A DNA stretch of 36,983 nucleotides, taken from IMG/VR virus record IMGVR_UViG_3300034158_000001; one strand, written 5' to 3'. Both the position numbers and the translations under genes were made by a program. Shown here in pieces: positions 17,333 to 24,720 of the stretch. The notes under the pieces are model-generated. The model did not search any database. It was not told the DNA's origin and saw nothing but the letters and a program-made list of their open reading frames with translations. Each line of letters starts with the position of its first letter. Within the stretch, counting starts at the first letter, position 1. This DNA is from an uncultured virus (IMG/VR IMGVR_UViG_3300034158_000001). Lineage: Duplodnaviria; Heunggongvirae; Uroviricota; Caudoviricetes.

Positions 17333-17700
17333 TGCAAAAGTTCAAGAAAGGTGACACCGTGCAACGTACAAAAGGTCAATGGGAAACCGTAAAGGCTGGT
17401 GATATTTGCACAGTAGTGTCTGTGTCTGCTGATTGGAATGGTCTTACACTCTTGGGACACTCAGGCACCTACGATGACGAGTACTTCGTTAAGGTGGTTC
17501 TAGCTCCAAAGGAGCAGAAGAAGGTGACGATTGACGTTTGCCATCGTCTGGTGGCTTACGACTGTGAAATCGCTAATTTACAGGCTCGGCAGGATAATCT
17601 GAGAGAAGATTTCTCTCGACAGCTTGCACAACTAGAGGGTACAATTGACACACTCACCACAGAAATGAACACCCTCAAATCTGAATACAACGTCGAGTAA
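17332..17700 (+). CDS. SH3-like barrel plus coiled-coil protein
   Basis: TGATG coupling; FKKGDTV.R..G.W..VK.GD matches the N-terminus of the 15412 gene. Confidence 0.72.
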   Translation: MQKFKKGDTVQRTKGQWETVKAGDICTVVSVSADWNGLTLLGHSGTYDDEYFVKVVLAPKEQKKVTIDVCHRLVAYDCEIANLQARQDNLREDFSRQLAQLEGTIDTLTTEMNTLKSEYNVE

Positions 17701-17712
17701 CGGAGAAACAAA

Positions 17713-17856
17713 ATGGTTTCGATTTGCCTTTGTATCCTTTGGGCCTTACTCGTAACACTGCTGTTACCTAATGCTAAACAACCAACTGGTGTGATTGTAT
17801 CCGCCATTGGCGCTGTACTTATCGCTGTCATCTGCATCCAACTAGGGATTAAATAA
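17713..17856 (+). CDS. 47-aa two-TM membrane peptide (below ORF-track cutoff)
   Basis: GGAG RBS; MVSICLCILWALLVTLLLP...VIVSAIGAVLIAVICIQLGIK. Confidence 0.65.
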   Translation: MVSICLCILWALLVTLLLPNAKQPTGVIVSAIGAVLIAVICIQLGIK

Positions 17857-17857
17857 T

Positions 17858-18250
17858 ATGGCTGTTAAACGCCCATTCAACATGACCGAGAACGAATTCG
17901 ACCTGTATGCTGCAAAGCATCTAGTGTGGAAAGCAGAGAACGCTAAGAAGCGTGGTATCGAGTTCACCTTGACCCACACTTCGATGAAAAATCTGCTGTC
18001 TTCCAAGAAGTGTTTCTACACTGGTATTGGCCTCACTAAGAGCACTGGCAAGGAAGAGGAGTTGAAGCTGAGCGACTTTACCATTGATCGAATTGACGGC
18101 TCCAAGGGTTATGTGAAGGGCAATGTGGTAGCTTGCTGCCACGCTGCAAACCAGATGAAGAACCAATTTGAGTCTCTGGGCTTGACAGGTCTCAAAGCTG
18201 GGCGTAACATCTTCGACAAAGCAATCAAACGAATTGAGGGTAAAAAGTAA
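17858..18250 (+). CDS. T4 Srd-like / degenerate HNH-fold protein
   Basis: AKKRGIEFTL, KKCFYTG, TIDRIDGSKGYVKGNVVACC..AN. Confidence 0.65.
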   Translation: MAVKRPFNMTENEFDLYAAKHLVWKAENAKKRGIEFTLTHTSMKNLLSSKKCFYTGIGLTKSTGKEEELKLSDFTIDRIDGSKGYVKGNVVACCHAANQMKNQFESLGLTGLKAGRNIFDKAIKRIEGKK

Positions 18251-18465
18251 TGGCTAGTTGCCCAGGATGTAATCTCCCAATGATCAATGGTCAAGTGTTC
18301 AACGGACTCCTCCAATGTCACTGGGACTGCCAAGATGTTGTTCGTGCAAACATGGGAGAGCGGAATGCAGATGACTTAATTCAGTTTCGTATTAATAAAC
18401 GTTTGGCAGTGGATGGTATCACTCCAGGCCACCACTTGTTTGAAAAGCTTGGAGGAAAGGTGTGA
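18250..18465 (+). CDS. hypothetical Cys/His-rich protein
   Basis: TAATG coupling; CPGC and CHWDC. Confidence 0.6.
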   Translation: MASCPGCNLPMINGQVFNGLLQCHWDCQDVVRANMGERNADDLIQFRINKRLAVDGITPGHHLFEKLGGKV

Positions 18466-18791
18466 AGAAGTTACTAACCTCTGCACTGATCATGGCTACA
18501 ATCTCGCTTGCTGGTTGTGAAGAAGCCAAGCTGTTGAGTGAGAAACGAACCACCATGGTTGTTGAGAGTGTCTACCTAAGCTCTAAGAGCAACAGCAAGG
18601 TGACTCTTCGTGAAGTGGAGAGCGGCTACGTCTGGGAGGATCAACGTCTGGGTTGTTCTCGCTCTTATGCACGTAATGTGCAAGTTGGCAGCAAATGGGA
18701 CGTGACTGAACAATCCTATGTCTACCCTGAATCCCAACGATACTTCAGTCGCCTTGTAGGCACCGACGCTATCTGCACAAAGAGTAATTGA
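18462..18791 (+). CDS. putative lipoprotein
   Basis: MKK-hydrophobic stretch-LAGC lipobox; GGAGG RBS. Confidence 0.72.
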   Translation: MKKLLTSALIMATISLAGCEEAKLLSEKRTTMVVESVYLSSKSNSKVTLREVESGYVWEDQRLGCSRSYARNVQVGSKWDVTEQSYVYPESQRYFSRLVGTDAICTKSN

Positions 18792-18792
18792 T

Positions 18793-19020
18793 ATGGCAGA
18801 AATGCTTCGCTACGCCTCGCTTGAGGAGATTAAAACCTTCGGAGATGATCAGTGCATTGATATGTGCCTCTACTTTGAAGATGGTTGTCTCTGCATCCAT
18901 AGTGGTGACTTGCCTGTCTTGTTTGACAAGACTCCCCAAGAGCAGTACCATCACTACTTACAAGGCTGCAAATGTAGCCGACACCCAGATGGAGAGTTGA
19001 AGAGTGACCACACAAGATAA
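18793..19020 (+). CDS. hypothetical protein
   Basis: Fills the gap between flanking genes; frame choice versus 18788..19000 is uncertain. Confidence 0.5.
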   Translation: MAEMLRYASLEEIKTFGDDQCIDMCLYFEDGCLCIHSGDLPVLFDKTPQEQYHHYLQGCKCSRHPDGELKSDHTR

Positions 19021-19237
19021 GATTGAGTACATACGATCATTCATGATACTGATCACTAAGGCCGAGTCATACCACAGTGCAATCTCACATGCAAGTTTTG
19101 TTCGTGGTATGTTAGCTATGTGCTTCCGTGAACAGACAATCCCGCTAGAGGATTACAGAGCACTGTCTCAAGATGTAGAGACGATGATGGAAGTAAAGCG
19201 TAATATGCCTAGTGCAATTGATAAGGAGCTGTTTTGA
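19004..19237 (+). CDS. hypothetical protein
   Basis: GTG start with GGAG RBS. Confidence 0.62.
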   Translation: MTTQDKIEYIRSFMILITKAESYHSAISHASFVRGMLAMCFREQTIPLEDYRALSQDVETMMEVKRNMPSAIDKELF

Positions 19238-19380
19238 TGCGTAAAATGAGTGCTGAAGAGTTTGGAAAAGACTACGAATACGAGAAAGCCAAGCGAAAGC
19301 AACGCAAGGAAGACCGAAACACACGTGATAAGCGGCGATCTGGTCGTGACCGCTGGGAAGCAAAACCAGCAGACGAATAA
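19237..19380 (+). CDS. 47-aa basic peptide (below ORF-track cutoff)
   Basis: AAGGAG RBS, TGATG coupling; MRKMSAEEFGKDYEYEKAKRKQRKEDRNTRDKRRSGRDRWEAKPADE. Confidence 0.68.
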   Translation: MRKMSAEEFGKDYEYEKAKRKQRKEDRNTRDKRRSGRDRWEAKPADE

Positions 19381-19382
19381 GC

Positions 19383-19411
19383 TGGACTGATTCAACTTAT
19401 AGGTGTATAAT
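19383..19411 (+). promoter_or_regulatory. sigma70-type promoter
   Basis: TGGACT-N17-TATAAT. Confidence 0.6.
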
Positions 19412-19454
19412 AACGGTGAGGCAAGGATGTCTTACAACCTATAAGGAGCCTAGT

Positions 19455-19637
19455 ATGGTTAATGCAGCACTAGCCGCATACTACGCGAAGGTGGCAGTCA
19501 GAACACTCAAGGTTCATCTTGAGAACTTCCGTGAATGTCTGAGAACATGCACAATCCCTGATCGTAGGGCTTGGCTTGAAATCAGGATCAGTGAGTTAAG
19601 GACTGCTCTGTTTGATCGCACAGGTATGTGGTATTAA
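19455..19637 (+). CDS. hypothetical protein
   Basis: TAAGGAG RBS; has its own promoter and terminator. Confidence 0.7.
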   Translation: MVNAALAAYYAKVAVRTLKVHLENFRECLRTCTIPDRRAWLEIRISELRTALFDRTGMWY

Positions 19638-19639
19638 TG

Positions 19640-19663
19640 GCCCTCTTCGGAGGGCTTTTCTTT
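19640..19663 (+). terminator. intrinsic terminator
   Basis: GCCCTC-TTCG-GAGGGC-TTTTCTTT. Confidence 0.88.
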
Positions 19664-19686
19664 GCCTAAAATAAAGTAGAAAAGGA

Positions 19687-19714
19687 TTGACCCGGCAGAG
19701 TATTCCTGTAGAAT
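19687..19714 (+). promoter_or_regulatory. sigma70-type promoter
   Basis: TTGACC-N16-TAGAAT. Confidence 0.6.
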
Positions 19715-19743
19715 GAGTTACATCAACCAACAGAGGATTTGAG

Positions 19744-20085
19744 ATGACACTCACAGTGATCCAAGACGCAATCATACCAGTCTTCGCAGCGTACCGAGTA
19801 CACGACGAATATGGAAACCGTACCACTCTGATTAGTATTCACAGGACAAAAGAGGATGCTGGGGTTGCTACCTATAGAGAGGGTTGGTATGGTGGACCCG
19901 GCAAGGTGATTACAAAGCATGCCATCGAGGATGGGGAAAATCTCTATATTCTGGAGAGTCTTCAACCATTTCAGTTTAAAGATGTCACTGAACAGCGGGC
20001 TGAACTCGCCAGGATTAAAGTAAACCAAATTCTGTCAAAACTTACAGAAGCTGAGATACAAGTGTTAAAGGATAACCTTAAATGA
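19744..20085 (+). CDS. hypothetical protein
   Basis: GAGG RBS; C-terminal LSKLTEAEIQVL. Confidence 0.7.
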   Translation: MTLTVIQDAIIPVFAAYRVHDEYGNRTTLISIHRTKEDAGVATYREGWYGGPGKVITKHAIEDGENLYILESLQPFQFKDVTEQRAELARIKVNQILSKLTEAEIQVLKDNLK

Positions 20086-20279
20086 GTGAAATCATTGATA
20101 TAGTGACAACCCAAGGGCATGAAACTAACCTCACAGTACAGCTTCTTCATATACATGAAGGTGCTTTTACTACAATAGTAATTACTGACCAAGCTGACAA
20201 AGAGTCCGTCATGGTGTACGATGACGAGATTGACAACCTGATTGAAGCGCTCACTAAACTAAAAGGTGAGCTACGATGA
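20082..20279 (+). CDS. hypothetical protein
   Basis: ATGA overlap. Confidence 0.65.
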   Translation: MSEIIDIVTTQGHETNLTVQLLHIHEGAFTTIVITDQADKESVMVYDDEIDNLIEALTKLKGELR

Positions 20280-20473
20280 TCAGCTATGAAGACAAAATTA
20301 CTGATAACCAAGTGGTCTGGGTCAAAGTAAAGTGGTTAAAGAAGGAGATTGGACGAATCTACAAAGAGTGTGGACACTTCCACTACCGGCCCCGAGGTTG
20401 TGAAGGTAAGATTCGTAGTGAAGAGTTCGCATCACTAACCGCATTGAAACGTTATTTGGAGGGTGAAGAGTAG
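20276..20473 (+). CDS. hypothetical protein
   Basis: ATGA overlap. Confidence 0.65.
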   Translation: MISYEDKITDNQVVWVKVKWLKKEIGRIYKECGHFHYRPRGCEGKIRSEEFASLTALKRYLEGEE

Positions 20474-20946
20474 TGAGGGGTATCAGCAAGCACAGATTAT
20501 ACGCAATCTGGGGTGCTATGAATGTTAGATGTTACAGCCCAGCTTATAAGCAATTGGATGATTACGGTGGTCGTGGCATAGGTGTTTGTGAGAGATGGCG
20601 ACACCCGTCACATGTAGGTTTTATAAACTTTCTCAAAGATATGGGAGACCGGCCCGAGGGCTATACCCTGGATCGAAGGGATAATGATAAAGACTACTCA
20701 CCAGAAAACTGCCGTTGGGTTGAAAGACGTGTACAAGGTTTCAACCGACGACACTCCAAACCTGGAAAGGTTACACCTATGGGAGTCCTTTGGAGTAAAG
20801 GAATGAAACAGTGGCAAGCTTATTATACCTTTAAGTTGGAAGGTAAGAGTAACACTCACATACTTGGCTATAGTCCTGACTTGTTTGAGGCTATCTGCAT
20901 GCGTAAATCCTGGGAGGAAAGTGCGGGTACTTACTTTTCAGGCTAA
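20473..20946 (+). CDS. HNH-type homing endonuclease
   Basis: RLYAIW.AM..RCY, YGGRGI.VCERW, FLKDMG.RP.GYTLDR.DN.K.YSPENCRW. Confidence 0.82.
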   Translation: MRGISKHRLYAIWGAMNVRCYSPAYKQLDDYGGRGIGVCERWRHPSHVGFINFLKDMGDRPEGYTLDRRDNDKDYSPENCRWVERRVQGFNRRHSKPGKVTPMGVLWSKGMKQWQAYYTFKLEGKSNTHILGYSPDLFEAICMRKSWEESAGTYFSG

Positions 20947-21034
20947 AAATCCTTAAAGATTACTTTTACGTTGGCAAAACTTTCGCCAAAAGGTTTCAAT
21001 ATGGGAATTTATCCAAATTGTTTTCCTTTGGTAG

Positions 21035-21397
21035 GAGAAACGGCCAGCTTTTTATAGAGATGTACATACATTAACTGATACAGGAGATACTAGACATGGC
21101 TTACAAACTTCGTTGTGACTACTGCAAGTGTGCCTTCACTGCCTCCACACGTAGTGCTCAGTGCCCTAAAAATCATGGTCGATACCAGTCCACAACCTTC
21201 ATTGAGGACGTGCTTGACACAGCCCTGGACGTAGCAACCGCTGTAGCCGTGGCTCATGTGACGGGTGATATCTTTAGTGGAGCTGCTGACGTTGTGGGTA
21301 GCCTCTTCGACTGGTGATACGAGAAACGGCCAGCTTTTTACAGAAGTACCCGGACAGATTTTTATGCAAATCCCCGGCCAGTTTTTTACAGAGATGT
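21035..21397 (+). repeat. CGGnCAGnTTTTTA repeats (4 copies)
   Basis: Identical 20-mer GAGAAACGGCCAGCTTTTTA at 21035 and 21321; core copies at 21041, 21327, 21351 and 21375, the last three at 24-bp period. Confidence 0.85.
21096..21317 (+). CDS. small Zn-finger-like hypothetical protein
   Basis: AGGAG RBS; CDYCKC...CPKNH; acidic/amphipathic tail. Confidence 0.65.
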   Translation: MAYKLRCDYCKCAFTASTRSAQCPKNHGRYQSTTFIEDVLDTALDVATAVAVAHVTGDIFSGAADVVGSLFDW

Positions 21398-21482
21398 GTC
21401 TAAATCTGTAGAGAATTTGGGTGGGGCTCCGGCGCCCTTCCAGAGAAAGTTTTGAAGCACGCCACTGCCCCGTGAACGACAT

Positions 21483-21520
21483 AGAGAATCATTCTCAACT
21501 GGCTTTGATAGCAATTCTCA
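21483..21520. promoter_or_regulatory. two Fur-box-like 7-1-7 sites
   Basis: AGAGAAT-C-ATTCTCA (21483) and TGATAGC-A-ATTCTCA (21506) versus TGATAAT-N-ATTATCA. Confidence 0.5.
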
Positions 21521-21671
21521 TTTGATACTGAGTTTGAGATGTATTCTAATTACCAGAACGTCGCCCACACTACCTGTCTTGTACTCCAGTGTCTGGCCTT
21601 TCGGCTTTCGTTCCTGCTATGGCCTATTATACAGAATCCACCACAAGAGGCAACGGGTAACAGTTTTTTTT

Positions 21672-21875
21672 TATCACAAAATTTACTATCACAAAATTTA
21701 CTATCACAAAATTTTTCATTTGTCAAAATTATATAAGGCAAAATTTACAGTGGCTAAAACCACATAAGGGAAAAATTCCAATTCCGAAAATTACGAAAGC
21801 ACTTTTTATTGTGGCGAAAATTACATAAGATGAAAAAATATTTCTGAAAATTACTACAAGCGAAAAAATTTTTAC
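21672..21875 (+). repeat. AT-rich tandem 15-mer and phased A-tract array
   Basis: TATCACAAAATTTAC x2 plus a third near-copy, then AAAA(A)TT-type tracts every ~15-17 bp; GTGGCnAAAnnACATAAG x2. Confidence 0.8.
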
Positions 21876-22001
21876 AGACACGACTAGTGCCTATATGTAC
21901 AAGCGACCTATAAGCGCTTGACAGGAAAATATTCTTGTGCTATTCGCACGCGCTACCGTCTCCTTATGTACTGGCTCTCTAAAATAATTTGAAATTAAGT
22001 G

Positions 22002-22029
22002 TTGACGTGGTGGGTGATTTTGATAAGAT
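22002..22029 (+). promoter_or_regulatory. sigma70-type early promoter
   Basis: TTGACG-N16-TAAGAT with TGn extension; CACACCAAAC leader. Confidence 0.65.
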
Positions 22030-22075
22030 GGCGGCACACCAAACGAAAGCCACTTACGGCTAAGGAAGAAAGGCA

Positions 22076-23116
22076 ATGACAACTCCAGCACAGCAGCCAA
22101 AATTTCCCATTGACTCATTCGTTGAGGTCGTGGCTGGGGGTTGGGGCTTATCACCTGACCGCATCGGCGAGGTCATGGTAATTAAGGGTTTCACTTTGCG
22201 AGGCTCGGACGAGACCGTCTATCATGTAGCGGACCTCAACGGTGAGGATGTATCCCACTCCGCCTGGGAGCCATCTTTTAAAGCGGCTGTAAAGCCAGCG
22301 ACTCTGCCACAACCTGTTGTGCCACCTATGCCGGTTAGCTTTACAGCACCACCAAGCCCATACACTGATTTACAGCAAACTGCCATCAATACTTTTCAAG
22401 CTATGTATGATGCAGCGACGGCCTATCGCCGAGGCGAGCCATCGCCAAACGCTACTAGCTTGAATCCCGATTATGGCATTTGCGATAACATCGACCGTTT
22501 TGCCCGTGCTAATGGTTCCACTGAAACGCCAATGAGCGAGGTTAAGGAAAACTTTATCCGCCAAACTGAGGTTTACAGCGGTAACTACACTTACCCTGTG
22601 CCATGCCCAGAGGGTGGGGATGCGTCGAGCGCTTTTAGCCGGAACTCTAACAAGTGGAATGGCCCTTACGGCTTAAATCGCTTAGTGCAACTGGGTCAGC
22701 TTATCGAGTTGATCAAGAGTGACAAGTGGGAGGATTCAATGGTGGAACGTAAGACGCCAGCATTCCGCAACGGCTTGACAGTGGGTGATATTGTTGTGTA
22801 CACTCGCCGTACAGAATACACCTACTGGGTATTTCGTCGTGACGATGAAAGCCTGTCACCAAGTTTTCATAAGATCGGAGAGCCTGACGACTATACCGAC
22901 CTTGATTTAAACTATGTCCGCAAAGTTGATAAGGTCGATATTCGTGAGCGTACAGTTAGCGAATTCTTGGCTGAATTTAAGGTCAAGCAAGAAGAGCAAG
23001 AAGCTATTAATAAGCAGATGGCAGAGCTAGCAGCCTTGCTGGCGTCCAACAAAGCGGCTATTGCCTTGCTTGATTTTGGCTTGGCCGATCAACACAAAGT
23101 TAAGCGTCTCGCTTAA
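22076..23116 (+). CDS. multidomain early protein (SH3-like N-terminus, Pro-rich linker, C-terminal coiled coil)
   Basis: 346-aa ORF, RBS, own promoter. Confidence 0.8.
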   Translation: MTTPAQQPKFPIDSFVEVVAGGWGLSPDRIGEVMVIKGFTLRGSDETVYHVADLNGEDVSHSAWEPSFKAAVKPATLPQPVVPPMPVSFTAPPSPYTDLQQTAINTFQAMYDAATAYRRGEPSPNATSLNPDYGICDNIDRFARANGSTETPMSEVKENFIRQTEVYSGNYTYPVPCPEGGDASSAFSRNSNKWNGPYGLNRLVQLGQLIELIKSDKWEDSMVERKTPAFRNGLTVGDIVVYTRRTEYTYWVFRRDDESLSPSFHKIGEPDDYTDLDLNYVRKVDKVDIRERTVSEFLAEFKVKQEEQEAINKQMAELAALLASNKAAIALLDFGLADQHKVKRLA

Positions 23117-23123
23117 GTAACAG

Positions 23124-23164
23124 TTGACAGTTTGTGTGGCTTCTGTAGAATGGGCCACACAAAC
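23124..23164 (+). promoter_or_regulatory. sigma70 promoter with inverted repeat around the -10 box
   Basis: TTGACA-N16-TAGAAT; GTTTGTGTGGC...GCCACACAAAC. Confidence 0.75.
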
Positions 23165-23178
23165 AAGAGGATTCAAAA

Positions 23179-23325
23179 ATGTTCTGGGAAATTTATAACA
23201 AGCAAAGTGGTGTAATGGTTGAAAAGGTGTGGTATACTTTGTCTACTACAGCCGAAGAGGTTTACGCCCAACTGGAATATGATTTTGACTTTGATATTCT
23301 GGTAGTTCCAGACTCTGAAGACTAA
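23179..23325 (+). CDS. 48-aa acidic peptide (below ORF-track cutoff)
   Basis: GAGGA RBS directly after the promoter. Confidence 0.65.
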   Translation: MFWEIYNKQSGVMVEKVWYTLSTTAEEVYAQLEYDFDFDILVVPDSED

Positions 23326-23334
23326 AATCAGTCG

Positions 23335-23369
23335 TTGACAGCTAGAGCTAAAGCCGTCACAATGACGGC
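23335..23369 (+). promoter_or_regulatory. sigma70-type promoter with inverted repeat over the -10 box
   Basis: TTGACA-N17-CACAAT; GCCGTCA-CAA-TGACGGC. Confidence 0.65.
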
Positions 23370-23395
23370 ACACCAAATGTATAGAGGGTTACAAA

Positions 23396-23701
23396 ATGGC
23401 TACTGTATCGATCAACAAAAAGCGTGAAATTCTGGATTCTGCAAAGGGTCAAATGTTTTACGTGACCTTTGTCAAGACAGATGGTACACTCCGCACCATG
23501 CAAGCCAAGAAGTGGATCGAAAAGGCTTTGGCAAGTGGTGACAAGAATGTACGGGGAGTATCCACCGTGCCACCTGAGAACTATTCTCTTGTTGACCTCG
23601 AAGCGTACAAGGCAGACCCTAAGCGTTCGTATCGTTCGCTAAAGCTGGAAAGCCTCAAGAGCGCCACAGTGGCCGGTATCACCTACACTTTCAACGATTA
23701 A
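23396..23701 (+). CDS. SH3 beta-barrel (WYL-like/DUF2693-type) protein
   Basis: VTFVKTDGTLRTM...VDLE...YRSLKLESL. Confidence 0.7.
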   Translation: MATVSINKKREILDSAKGQMFYVTFVKTDGTLRTMQAKKWIEKALASGDKNVRGVSTVPPENYSLVDLEAYKADPKRSYRSLKLESLKSATVAGITYTFND

Positions 23702-23709
23702 GGGTAGAT

Positions 23710-23922
23710 ATGAAAACTCAAGTTATGATTGTTGGCACTGTCTGCAAAAGCTCGCCTTACCTGACTTCTGGTAGGGTTTACGATGTCTTGAGTGATGGCA
23801 ACGGGCTGGAAGACATTGTAAGTATCATCGACGACGAAGGTGATGAAATTATGATACTTACAGAACATTCGTCTGCTAGCTGCGCCCACTTAGGTCGGGA
23901 TGCAAAAGCTGTTTTCGTCTAA
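23710..23922 (+). CDS. hypothetical protein
   Basis: YLT.G.VYDV...IIDDEGD small-barrel pattern. Confidence 0.65.
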   Translation: MKTQVMIVGTVCKSSPYLTSGRVYDVLSDGNGLEDIVSIIDDEGDEIMILTEHSSASCAHLGRDAKAVFV

Positions 23923-23947
23923 ACACTCAAAAGAAGGTTACACAATC

Positions 23948-24088
23948 ATGCGTCTGATCAAAGTAAGTGAGTATCAAAAATCCTATCAATACGAACAAGC
24001 TAAAAAGCACGCTCGCCGTGCTGACATTGGCCGACGTTCGGGCCGTCGCGGTACTGGCGCTTGGGGCGTGTGGAGAGAGTCAGAATAA
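23948..24088 (+). CDS. 46-aa basic peptide, paralog of 19237..19380
   Basis: Y.YE.AK+..R...RRSGR...W pattern shared. Confidence 0.62.
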   Translation: MRLIKVSEYQKSYQYEQAKKHARRADIGRRSGRRGTGAWGVWRESE

Positions 24089-24092
24089 CTTC

Positions 24093-24141
24093 AAGGCGAG
24101 CAACCTAAATAGTTGACTCGCCTTTTTCATGTCTGTACAAT
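24093..24141 (+). promoter_or_regulatory. overlapping terminator and sigma70 promoter
   Basis: AAGGCGAG..CAAC/GTTG..CTCGCCTT-TTT hairpin; TTGACT(24113)-N17-TACAAT. Confidence 0.7.
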
Positions 24142-24176
24142 TCTCCCTATCGAAACGCAATTAAAGAGGCTGCATC

Positions 24177-24293
24177 ATGACACAAGAATACTCGACTGTA
24201 GAGGCTGCATTTAACTGTGCCGAACTGGCCCATTGGTTCCAAATCCCTTGCAAGCTGTTTAAAGAGTCTGGCAAGTGGTGTGTGAGGTTTTAA
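24177..24293 (+). CDS. 38-aa peptide (below ORF-track cutoff)
   Basis: GAGG RBS after the promoter; abuts next gene. Confidence 0.55.
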   Translation: MTQEYSTVEAAFNCAELAHWFQIPCKLFKESGKWCVRF

Positions 24294-24294
24294 T

Positions 24295-24669
24295 ATGGCA
24301 GCTATCAGACGCCCGCCACGGGCGCCAGCTAAGCCTAGAGCTAAGCCAGTGGTGCCTTTGCACCAACGTATCCTGGGGAAGCATCAAGTCGAGCTTGACA
24401 CAGTCGAGGATTTGAGGCACAAACTTGAGTTAGCATATGACGCTGACTCAATTGAGTATGATTCTTACCTAGACTGTCATGAGGTGCTAGACAATAGGGA
24501 GGCTAAAGCCCTAGAGGGCTTGGCAAAGTCAAGGGGAAAGCCTCCTGATAAGGTGGTCCCGATTAGGGTTAAAGTGGTTGAAACCAAACCATGGAAGCCC
24601 TGGCAAGTCAAGTTGTTTATGGTAGTTACATTTTTCGTATTCTTCAAATTCTTTTCTTTTAAGCCTTGA
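24295..24669 (+). CDS. hypothetical protein with C-terminal membrane anchor
   Basis: Hydrophobic tail LFMVVTFFVFF. Confidence 0.7.
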   Translation: MAAIRRPPRAPAKPRAKPVVPLHQRILGKHQVELDTVEDLRHKLELAYDADSIEYDSYLDCHEVLDNREAKALEGLAKSRGKPPDKVVPIRVKVVETKPWKPWQVKLFMVVTFFVFFKFFSFKP

Positions 24670-24693
24670 TCTACAGCAAAAACGCTGTACAAT
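24666..24693 (+). promoter_or_regulatory. sigma70-type promoter
   Basis: TTGATC-N16-TACAAT, CA-rich leader. Confidence 0.55.
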
Positions 24694-24720
24694 GGCCCAA
24701 CACAACCAATAGGTGATAGC

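Noticed and set aside
21009..21017. DnaA box TTATCCAAA
   Set aside because: Single copy with one mismatch; expected by chance
21035..21397. Possible mini CRISPR array
   Set aside because: Repeats are 14-20 bp and degenerate, with intervening sequences of about 10 bp or 266 bp; no cas genes
21522..21767. ORFs with repeated peptides (YHKIYYHKI, SQNLLSQNLL, KFCDSKFCD)
   Set aside because: By-products of the 15-bp DNA tandem repeat read in three frames; no RBS; region is better explained as non-coding
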